Shown piece by piece: positions 37,527-45,080 of a stretch of DNA of 64,000 nucleotides (position 1 is the stretch's first letter; each line of letters starts with the position of its first letter). The translations under genes were made by a program, and so were the position numbers. The stretch comes from an uncultured virus (IMG/VR IMGVR_UViG_3300033998_000455). Lineage: Duplodnaviria; Heunggongvirae; Uroviricota; Caudoviricetes. The notes under the pieces are model-generated. The model saw only the letters and a list, made by a program, of their open reading frames with translations, made no database searches and had not been told where the DNA came from. The stretch is taken from the IMG/VR virus record IMGVR_UViG_3300033998_000455; one strand, given 5' to 3'.

Positions 37527-38450
37527 CTATGCGGCTGTGCGAAATCTCCAGGCTGCACTTCCATCTAGGTGCTTGCAAAGGTGCTCTCTGCAGTTCTTGA
37601 AATCGTCTCCGATAAAACCGATTCGGTTAAGCCAGGTTCTCATGGAGAACTTTGGGTTTTCAATCTGTGGTTTCTTGCTACTGGCACTCTTTTGAGTCAA
37701 GGCCTGATGGTTCATCGCAAGGCTTAAGGCAACGTAGCTTCGAATCTTGCCTGCGTGAAGGGTTCCGTTGAATCCCCTAAGTTCAACCGTTCCGCATCCG
37801 TTAAAAAGGCTGTGAAGGTTTAGAAAATGGTATCGGCTTTCATGGTAGTGTCTTTCTCTTCTATCGCTGTAGTCTTGGTACCAGATGTCTTCAATCTGCT
37901 TCATGGTGGTTGGCTTTTTCTTGTTCATCCTTTCAACGAGGCTTTGGTCCATCTTTTTGCAGTAGTGCATTCTTCTTCTCTCTATTTGAAGGGCATCGTA
38001 TAAAAGGTCGTTTCTTGAGTAGATGATGTTCATGAAGTTTCTGATGGACCTTGGTGTGTGGTCCCTGCCGTCCAGGTGGATGTGAATCCCGGTGCAGTTT
38101 TGCTGTTCTGAAAAAGCTCCGGCTTTCCTGAGTTTTCTCACCATCTCCTGAAGGTTTGCCATGTCCTTTTCGTAGGTTAGGATTGGGCTGACCAGTTCGA
38201 CGCTGTATTCTTTTGAGGCTGAAACCTTCTGGCCGCCTGATTTCTTTTGAGTGGTTATACTTCCGTCATACATCACTTTCCACTTTCGTCCATCCGGGGC
38301 TGTGATTCTAAAGGTTCCGTAGTAATCGTGAAGCTCCTCGAGGCTACCGCCTAAATGCTCTGCTACAATCTTAGCTGCTCTTCTTCTTGTGATTCCTGTA
38401 AATTCAATCTCGATGCCGAAGTTGCTCTTTAAAAAATCCTTGTTTGCCAT
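37527..38450 (-). CDS. Putative amidoligase (COOH-NH2 ligase type)
   Basis: FGIEIE, YDGSI, ELVSPIL, GIHIH, RY..LN, TVELR. Start at MANKD. Confidence 0.88.
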   Translation of the reverse strand: MANKDFLKSNFGIEIEFTGITRRRAAKIVAEHLGGSLEELHDYYGTFRITAPDGRKWKVMYDGSITTQKKSGGQKVSASKEYSVELVSPILTYEKDMANLQEMVRKLRKAGAFSEQQNCTGIHIHLDGRDHTPRSIRNFMNIIYSRNDLLYDALQIERRRMHYCKKMDQSLVERMNKKKPTTMKQIEDIWYQDYSDRRERHYHESRYHFLNLHSLFNGCGTVELRGFNGTLHAGKIRSYVALSLAMNHQALTQKSASSKKPQIENPKFSMRTWLNRIGFIGDDFKNCREHLCKHLDGSAAWRFRTAA

Positions 38451-38494
38451 GGTATTTTCCCCTTTCTCATTTAGGTGTGTTTCTTTGGTCATGT

Positions 38495-38527
38495 ACATAT
38501 ATCACTCTAAACGAGATATATAGCAAG
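38495..38527 (-). promoter_or_regulatory. CTTG-N16-GAGTGATATATGT motif
   Basis: Minus strand CTTGCTATATATCTCGTTTAGAGTGATATATGT. Confidence 0.7.
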
Positions 38528-38555
38528 TTAATTATGAGGAAAATACTGTATTTAT

Positions 38556-39791
38556 TTATACATCCTTATCCGTTCCAAGAGATAGGGCCACTGCATATGC
38601 CACGTTCACAGTTACTGCATTTCCAGCTTGTTTATACAGTTGTGCATCGGAATTGACGGCTCTTGCTTTTTCAAACATCTCATCCGGAAACCCCTGAAGC
38701 CTGAAGCATTCTTTCGGTGTAAGCCTTCGAATGCGAAGTTCACTGGAAAGGGTTCCCTGCATGCATTGGGTATCCAAGGTTTGAGCGATCTTCTTTCCGA
38801 CTCGCCCTCGCCTAGTGTTGCTTCCGGGAAATGAAAGGTTGATACTATCTCCTTTTTCAGCTTCTGCATACCCTTTCTTGGTAGCTTCCTTGATTGCCAC
38901 ACCATGACGATCTTGAGAAGTCAGTGTGAACATAGGCTCATCAGAATTCTTCATTCTTCTCCCATTCTGTCTTTTATTAAGTCTCTCCGGCGTGAGTACA
39001 GGATGCGCTTCCAGTACACCACTGTTCATAGCTGTTCTGTTAGTTATCCCAGCAGTATATCTAGAAGTGATGCAACGAGACTCTTCCGTAATCTTGGTCT
39101 TCTTTGTTGACTGATCAATAAAGTACAATCCGGTTTTTGCTCCGGCTCCACCGGCATTACTTGCAAGAGTGCAAGACACCCCTTCAGTACTCATCACACG
39201 ATACCCTTGAGGCCCCGCTATAATTTGCTTAATAGCTGCTCCGTTTTCTCCTTCGACAGGTAATATTTCTCGTCTACCTCTGCTTCTAAGATGTGCGACA
39301 ATAAACACCCGTTCCCTGTTTTGGGGGACTCCGAAGTTTTTAGAATTAAGCACTTGCCACATTGCATCATACCCTGCTTCATCCAACTCAGAGAGAACGG
39401 TGGCAAAATCGAATCCAGAATTAATTGATAGCAGGTTCTTAACGTTCTCAATGAGTAAGAATGTGGGTTTATCTTCTTCTTCTTTGCCTTTGACGAGGTC
39501 AATGATGCTGAAATAGATTCCACTTCTTTCTCCTCTAAGTCCCTTTTGCTTTCCGGCAACTGAGATGTCCTGACATGGGAATCCAAAACACCACATGTCT
39601 GCGTAGGGGATTTCATCTGATTTAAGTTTAGTGACGTCATCCGCAAACCACTCTCCTTCCGTATCAAACATGGCCCTATAACTTCTGACTGCATATTTAT
39701 CATATTCACAAAATCCAACGCATTTATGCCCGGCAAGCTCCAGCCCCAGTCTGAATCCACCGATACCCGAACAGAAATCAAGGAAGTTCAT
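38556..39791 (-). CDS. DNA (cytosine-5) methyltransferase, orphan
   Basis: FCSGIGG (motif I), GFPCQ (IV), ENV (VI), QNRER (VIII), RRLTPKEC.RLQGF (IX), QAGNAV (X). Start at MNFLDF. Confidence 0.95.
   Translation of the reverse strand: MNFLDFCSGIGGFRLGLELAGHKCVGFCEYDKYAVRSYRAMFDTEGEWFADDVTKLKSDEIPYADMWCFGFPCQDISVAGKQKGLRGERSGIYFSIIDLVKGKEEEDKPTFLLIENVKNLLSINSGFDFATVLSELDEAGYDAMWQVLNSKNFGVPQNRERVFIVAHLRSRGRREILPVEGENGAAIKQIIAGPQGYRVMSTEGVSCTLASNAGGAGAKTGLYFIDQSTKKTKITEESRCITSRYTAGITNRTAMNSGVLEAHPVLTPERLNKRQNGRRMKNSDEPMFTLTSQDRHGVAIKEATKKGYAEAEKGDSINLSFPGSNTRRGRVGKKIAQTLDTQCMQGTLSSELRIRRLTPKECFRLQGFPDEMFEKARAVNSDAQLYKQAGNAVTVNVAYAVALSLGTDKDV
39218..39781 (-). CDS. Overprinted alternative-frame ORF inside the C5 MTase (EcoHK31I beta-like); true start uncertain
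   Basis: 187-codon open frame ending SWMKQGMMQCGKCL...ESPK..NGCLLSHILEAEVDEKYYLS. Confidence 0.55.
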   Translation of the reverse strand: MISVRVSVDSDWGWSLPGINALDFVNMINMQSEVIGPCLIRKESGLRMTSLNLNQMKSPTQTCGVLDSHVRTSQLPESKRDLEEKEVESISASLTSSKAKKKKINPHSYSLRTLRTCYQLILDSILPPFSLSWMKQGMMQCGKCLILKTSESPKTGNGCLLSHILEAEVDEKYYLSKEKTEQLLSKL

Positions 39792-41046
39792 GCTCAGCAC
39801 TCCCTTCCTTGTTGAAATCTTTATATGCGATTTTTTCTCCGTCCCTAAGTACATATACATCATCATCTGTTCCTACCTGCTCAATGTATCTTTTGACAAT
39901 GACCGTGGCATACTTAGGGTCGAGTTCTAATGTATAGGCAATCCGGTCGATCTGTTCACAGGCAATGAGTGTCGAACCACTGCCACCAAATAGGTCCATG
40001 ACTATCCCGTTAACCTGGGATGAATTCTTTATTGGATAGCAAAGAAGCGGCACCGGCTTCATCGTTGGATGTTCACCGTTCTTCTTTGGTTTATCGTAGT
40101 TCCATACAGTGGTTTCAGACCTGCCAGTGAACCACTTGTGCTTTCCACCTCTAAGCCATCCGAAGAGAATCGGTTCATGGATCCAGTTATACGGACTACG
40201 ACCTAAGACCAGAGAGTTCTTCTTCCAGATACACACGCCGCTTAAGTGAAAGCCTGCTTCAATGAAAGCCTTTCTAAAATTAAGTCCTTCAGTATCTGCA
40301 TGGAAAACATAAATAGACCCACCGGGTGCAGTATGCTCTGCCATGTTCTTAAAGGCTTCAAGCAGAAAACTATAGAAGGTATCGTTGTCTTGTTTATCGT
40401 TTTGAATCTTAAGACCGCTGGCACTTTCAAAGTCCACGTTGTAAGGCGGATCTGTCAGAACGAGATTGGCCTTCTTCCCATCCATGAGCTTTTCTACATC
40501 TTCAGGTTTCGTTGCATCACCACAAAGAAGACGATGTCTCCCAAGGAGCCATACATCTCCCGGTTTAACAAAGGCAGCTTCCTCCAATGCTTTATTCACA
40601 TCGTAATCGTCATCTTTAGCATCCTTATCATGAACCTGGCTAAATAGGTCTTCAATCTCTGCAGCATCAAAACCGGTAAGAGTTACATCAAAGTCCTGTG
40701 CTTCCAGATCTTTGATGAGATCAGCCAGAGCTTCAAACTCCCAGTCACCAGTGACTTTGTTTAGAGCCACATTGAGTGCCTTTTCTCTTTCAGCACTCAT
40801 TCTAACTATGACGCATTCCACTTCTGTATGGCCTTCTGCCACCAGCACCTTATATCGTTGATGGCCGCCGACAATATTGCCTGTCTCTTCATTCCAGATA
40901 ATCGGCTCAACATATCCAAACTCGGTCATGGACCTTTTCAGCTTTTCATAAGCCGGATCACCCGGCTTCAAATCTTTTCTCGGGTTATATTCTGCCGGGT
41001 TGATATCCGTCACCGGCACTTTTCTTATAATCATGTCTTGCTTCAT
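39778..41046 (-). CDS. ParB-like N-terminal domain + N6-A/N4-C DNA methyltransferase (beta class)
   Basis: YNPR and VGGHQR (ParB); TDPPY, HPTMKP and DLFGGSGST. Start at MKQDM after an RBS. Confidence 0.93.
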   Translation of the reverse strand: MKQDMIIRKVPVTDINPAEYNPRKDLKPGDPAYEKLKRSMTEFGYVEPIIWNEETGNIVGGHQRYKVLVAEGHTEVECVIVRMSAEREKALNVALNKVTGDWEFEALADLIKDLEAQDFDVTLTGFDAAEIEDLFSQVHDKDAKDDDYDVNKALEEAAFVKPGDVWLLGRHRLLCGDATKPEDVEKLMDGKKANLVLTDPPYNVDFESASGLKIQNDKQDNDTFYSFLLEAFKNMAEHTAPGGSIYVFHADTEGLNFRKAFIEAGFHLSGVCIWKKNSLVLGRSPYNWIHEPILFGWLRGGKHKWFTGRSETTVWNYDKPKKNGEHPTMKPVPLLCYPIKNSSQVNGIVMDLFGGSGSTLIACEQIDRIAYTLELDPKYATVIVKRYIEQVGTDDDVYVLRDGEKIAYKDFNKEGSAEHELP

Positions 41047-41259
41047 CAGATTCCCTCCGTTTCTTGGCATTAAAAAAGCCCTAGACTCAAGTCTATAGGC
41101 TAAAACTAACAAAAAACCATAGAAAAACACTCACTTCTCAAGGTTGTAATGGATTCACTTTGATTGAACTTCTTAATTATTCATAGAAGGCTACAACCCA
41201 CTATTTATGCGATTTATAGGAGATTATCTCCTAATGAACATAGCGCATAAATTCTGGGA

Positions 41260-41352
41260 TATACCCCCCTTGCGATTTTCGCGATTTTTCACAAAAGACC
41301 CTGGCGCGTTGTCGTTTAGCCACTTCTGTAGAGATTCAGACCCCCTACCCCC
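41260..41352 (-). other. Putative cos / packaging-initiation region
   Basis: G-runs flanking a GC-rich core directly downstream of the HNH gene, the usual location in HNH/P27-terminase cos phages; exact cut site not determined. Confidence 0.45.
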
Positions 41353-41713
41353 TCGTAGGTTTTGGATTGTTTCCAAAGCCTCCATCTTCTTCAGCAGTCT
41401 TCTTGGAGTGACAACTCTTACACAGCGGCTGCCAGTTGTTTTTATTCCAGAAAAGCTTCCGGTCACCATCGTGTGGTTTGATGTGGTCCACCTCTGTAGC
41501 TGGCGTGAGTCTTCCTTCTCTCTCGCAGTGAACACACAGCGGATGCTTCTTAAGAAACTCCTTGCTGGCCTTTCGCCACTGGTAGGTGTACATCTTTGTA
41601 GTCCTGTCATTCTGTACCTTCACCATTTCTTTCTTATGCTTCTCACAATATCTATCATGGGTCAGTGACTGACACCCAGGATAGTTACAGATGCTCTTTG
41701 GTTTCCAGGGCAT
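41345..41713 (-). CDS. Packaging-associated HNH endonuclease
   Basis: CVHC...VDHIKPH...NWQPLCKSCHSKKT. Confidence 0.92.
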   Translation of the reverse strand: MPWKPKSICNYPGCQSLTHDRYCEKHKKEMVKVQNDRTTKMYTYQWRKASKEFLKKHPLCVHCEREGRLTPATEVDHIKPHDGDRKLFWNKNNWQPLCKSCHSKKTAEEDGGFGNNPKPTRG

Positions 41714-41745
41714 CAATCTCACCTCCCGTTTTTCCCTTAAAAAAG

Positions 41746-41872
41746 GTATAGAAAAAGCTCCAGTTCATTAACCAGAGCTTGGGATCCAAGAATGCTGCGT
41801 TTCCTAAGAATCGAATCGATATAGCTTAGGCGTATGCTACAGCATATGGAGTTCTTGAATTTTTTTCTATAC
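41746..41872 (-). ncRNA. Candidate structured RNA in the late-operon leader
   Basis: 12-bp closing stem ggtatagaaaaa / tttttctatacc enclosing several internal hairpins. Confidence 0.4.
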
Positions 41873-41883
41873 CTTTACACGAT

Positions 41884-41930
41884 ATACTATAGCACGGGTA
41901 CCTACTGACATTCACTGACATTTACTGACA
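41884..41930 (-). promoter_or_regulatory. Late promoter with three phased activator-binding repeats
   Basis: actgaca at 41904, 41914 and 41924 (10-bp period) upstream of a TATAGT/TAGTAT -10. Confidence 0.65.
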
Positions 41931-42341
41931 CAATTTCATCCTTTCGAATTCTTTTAGGGCTTTTCCATGAATTCGATACACCGTTCTTGGATCATACCCC
42001 ATGGAAGCTGCAATCTCATCCCATCCTTTTCCACTGAGGTATCGAAGTTCAAGTAAGAGCTGTTGGTTGATATCATCCATCATGTTAATGGTATCTTGAA
42101 TGTCTTTCTTGAGATCAACCAAGCGATCAATGTCAGCATTGATTTCATTTTCAAGGTCAATGACTTTCACAATGGTGCTTTCCATTTTGCTCTTCTCAAT
42201 ATTCCCACCGCAGATTTTTTCTTTGGTGAAGCTCGATGTTACTTTCATGGCTAGGCTCTTAAGCGTTGCCAATTGCTCTAACTTACTATCAATCATCTGG
42301 TCCAGCCAGATTGCTTGAGATAAATATTCCTTTGCATTCAT
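41922..42341 (-). CDS. Late transcriptional activator (DUF1492 / ArpU-RinA-like)
   Basis: MNAKEYLSQA; C-terminal LLELRY...WDEIA..MGY..R.VYRIHGKAL HTH; lies before the packaging genes. Confidence 0.82.
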   Translation of the reverse strand: MNAKEYLSQAIWLDQMIDSKLEQLATLKSLAMKVTSSFTKEKICGGNIEKSKMESTIVKVIDLENEINADIDRLVDLKKDIQDTINMMDDINQQLLLELRYLSGKGWDEIAASMGYDPRTVYRIHGKALKEFERMKLCQ

Positions 42342-42571
42342 TAGCCCACCTCCACATCATCTAATAAACTCATCTTCCCTCCGTAATAAAGCTCCATGAT
42401 ATTTCTTCTTGTTGCAGGATCCAATGAGTTGATTCTTCTAAAGACTCTCTTTTGATCTTCATCTACTTGAGCCTTGGTCTTAAAGAATGAACAGCTTTCG
42501 CCTTCACACTTCTTAACCTTCAAAGCCTTACACTTTCCATTTCTATATGCAAAACAATTCTTCTCCATCAC
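42341..42571 (-). CDS. Small Cys-rich hypothetical protein
   Basis: CFAY...C.AL....C....CSFFK; translationally coupled. Confidence 0.65.
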   Translation of the reverse strand: MMEKNCFAYRNGKCKALKVKKCEGESCSFFKTKAQVDEDQKRVFRRINSLDPATRRNIMELYYGGKMSLLDDVEVG

Positions 42572-42999
42572 TTACTGACACCTCCAGTTTCTTCACACTC
42601 ATTGGTAAAATATCTGATTGGTATGTTCCATCTCTTAGCTCTGGAAATCTCCACACTCATACCTGATGAGATTCTGTTCCCAAAGACCCAAAGCTCATGG
42701 CACTTACTTAAGAGTATGAGTCCCATATCAATCCCCAGCTGTCTTTCCTCAGGATCATCTTCCTCAAGAAATTGTGGGTACATCAAATGTGGAATAATGG
42801 GTACTGCTTTCTCAGTCACTGCAAATCTTCCATACCTTCTTGCCCGTCTAGTGTTTCCTTCGATGTCACCGGCAAAGGGACTGCAGATGAACACGATTTT
42901 CTTTTTCTTTCTTTGCTTCTCTTCTTTTTCAATATTGGTTAAAGCTTCAAAGACCGTCGGGTCATGATAGCCTTCAGCATTAAATTTATTTACACTCAT
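42568..42999 (-). CDS. DUF4406-like / nucleoside deoxyribosyltransferase-fold protein
   Basis: FICSPFAGD...PHL...CHELWVFG..ISSGM..EI. Confidence 0.72.
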   Translation of the reverse strand: MSVNKFNAEGYHDPTVFEALTNIEKEEKQRKKKKIVFICSPFAGDIEGNTRRARRYGRFAVTEKAVPIIPHLMYPQFLEEDDPEERQLGIDMGLILLSKCHELWVFGNRISSGMSVEISRAKRWNIPIRYFTNECEETGGVSK

Positions 43000-43003
43000 T
43001 TCT

Positions 43004-44404
43004 TTATCCTCCGTTTCTCAAGTTTTCTATTCTGGCCTTGACCGCTTCAATCAAAGCGTTCTGACCGGTGTCTTTATTATCAAGCGCCATCATCACCCTA
43101 TGGTCAATGGTGTCTTTGGCCAGTAGATGATGGATCACTACCGTTTGCTTCTGTCCTTGCCGCCACAGTCTGGCATTGGCTTGTTGGTATAGTTCCAGAC
43201 TCCAGGTAACACTAAACCAAATGATGGTGGAGCCACCCTCTTGAAGATTGAGGCCATGCCCTGCTGATGCCGGGTGACAAAGTGCAATCTTCATTTCTCC
43301 TCGATTCCATCTGGCAATGTCCTCTGAGGTATTGATGTCTCCTGCATCAAATCTCTCTTTGATTCGGTCACGCTCATGTCTGAAGCCATAGTAGATCAGA
43401 ACCGGTTTTCCATTGGCCGCTTCAACAAGATCCTCTAAAGCATCCAGCTTCCTGTCATGAATCTGGTGTACATCTCCGTACTCGTCATAGACTGTTCCAC
43501 CCGACATCTGCAGGAGCTTGTTGGAAAGCACCGCTGCATTGGCTGCATCCACATCGCTATCCTCAAGAGGAAGCAGGAGATCTCTTTCGAGCTTCCTATA
43601 AAGCTTCATTTCCTTTTCTGAAAGCTCCACTTCCACTTTGTTGAAAAAGATTTCTGGCATCTTCAGATACTCTAAAGCTTTCATGCTGATGCAGATGTCA
43701 GAAATCTTGTCGTAGATTTTATCCTCTGCCTCATCGTTCAGTGCATAGTCTGTTGGTATGCCGCCATTCACATATTTCTGTGGGTGGAAGTATCTGCTGC
43801 GGTATCCGCTAAAGGTTCTCCCAAGCCGCTCGCCACCATCCAGAAGATAAATCTGACTCCAAATATCTAAGAGGCCATTGGGAGCTGGCGTTCCAGTCAA
43901 TCCCACAATTCTTTTGATTTTGTGGCGTACCTTCTTAAGTGCTCTGAACCTTTTCGCTGATGGTGATTTGAAACTTGAAAGCTCATCGATGATCACCATG
44001 TCAAAGGGCCATTCGTTTTTATAAAACTCCACAAGCCACGGAACATTCTCACGATTGATGGTGTAGATATCCGCTTTCTTGTAAAGAGCCATGGTTCTCT
44101 CCTTTGCACTACCGAGGACCCTTGATACCCTTAAGTTCTTCAGATGCTTCCACTTTAGGACCTCGTCTAGCCATGTGGTATTTGCCACTCGGAGTGGTGC
44201 AATCACTAAGACCTTGGATACTTCAAACCGATCATGGAGTAGGTCCACAAGAGCAGTTAATGTAATCACACTCTTGCCAAGTCCCATGTCCAAGAACAGA
44301 CCTGCCGAGGTTTTCTCCAAGATGAACTCAGTACAGTGGGTCTGATATTCATGAGGGTGATACGGTAGTCTTGATTTAGGTAGTACGACTTCCGGCAATC
44401 CCAT
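43004..44404 (-). CDS. SNF2-family helicase
   Basis: MGLGKS, IIDELS, LTGTP, GHGLNLQ, QANARL.RQGQ. Confidence 0.93.
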   Translation of the reverse strand: MGLPEVVLPKSRLPYHPHEYQTHCTEFILEKTSAGLFLDMGLGKSVITLTALVDLLHDRFEVSKVLVIAPLRVANTTWLDEVLKWKHLKNLRVSRVLGSAKERTMALYKKADIYTINRENVPWLVEFYKNEWPFDMVIIDELSSFKSPSAKRFRALKKVRHKIKRIVGLTGTPAPNGLLDIWSQIYLLDGGERLGRTFSGYRSRYFHPQKYVNGGIPTDYALNDEAEDKIYDKISDICISMKALEYLKMPEIFFNKVEVELSEKEMKLYRKLERDLLLPLEDSDVDAANAAVLSNKLLQMSGGTVYDEYGDVHQIHDRKLDALEDLVEAANGKPVLIYYGFRHERDRIKERFDAGDINTSEDIARWNRGEMKIALCHPASAGHGLNLQEGGSTIIWFSVTWSLELYQQANARLWRQGQKQTVVIHHLLAKDTIDHRVMMALDNKDTGQNALIEAVKARIENLRNGG

Positions 44405-44666
44405 CCACAACACCTCCTATGTCCTCTGGACTGTCTAGGCAATAAACTAAAAACCCTAGCCCTTCCAGCTCACCTTTTCGCTTTATCTGATTAGGTCTCA
44501 TCTTCTTTCCTGGTGCCTTCACCTCAACAAATCCTACTCTGCCTCCGGGCAGAAGTATCAATCGATCAGGCACTCCATTTATTCCAGGGGAGATAAACTT
44601 AAAAGCTCTCCCACCTCTTCTTTTCACTTCTTTTACGAGCATCAGCTCAAGTTCTTTTTCAGTCAT
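44376..44666 (-). CDS. VRR-NUC nuclease
   Basis: GVPDR...FVEVK.PG..RPNQ. Start at MTEKE. Confidence 0.9.
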   Translation of the reverse strand: MTEKELELMLVKEVKRRGGRAFKFISPGINGVPDRLILLPGGRVGFVEVKAPGKKMRPNQIKRKGELEGLGFLVYCLDSPEDIGGVVDGIAGSRTT

Positions 44667-44774
44667 GTCTTTCACCTCAATTTCTGTTGCTATTGTTACT
44701 GGCCATTTTCTGTATAAGCTCAATACTAAGTGCTTTTCAATTTTTGTTTCATTTCTCAAATTCTTACTTCTAAT

Positions 44775-45050
44775 CTTGTAGTCTATAGTTGTAGACTGAA
44801 GGGTTTAAAACCAATACGCGCGTATGTAGGCTATATTCCTACTATTACTAGTAAAAATAATTAATCAATTAAGTTATCTCCTACATAGACTACTAACGTA
44901 CTGAATCCCTTGATATGAGTGGAATCTGCCTTGTAGTCTAAGATGTAGACTAAGATTTTATAGACTACATCAGACTACACATTTTCACCTCTTACCAGTC
45001 GACATATCATCAGTTAGACTACACATTTCTTGTTCTCAGACTACATACTT
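44775..45050. repeat. Iteron-like AGACTAC cluster, putative replication origin
   Basis: AGACTAC at 44887, 44962, 44972, 45016 and 45038; inverted GTAGTCT at 44778 and 44933; AT-rich tract at ~44840-44880. Confidence 0.6.
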
Positions 45051-45080
45051 TTATAAATCGATTTACTAACCAGATTCGTT

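Noticed and set aside
38556..41046. Restriction-modification system
   Set aside because: No cognate restriction endonuclease; the nearby HNH has packaging-type features and position.
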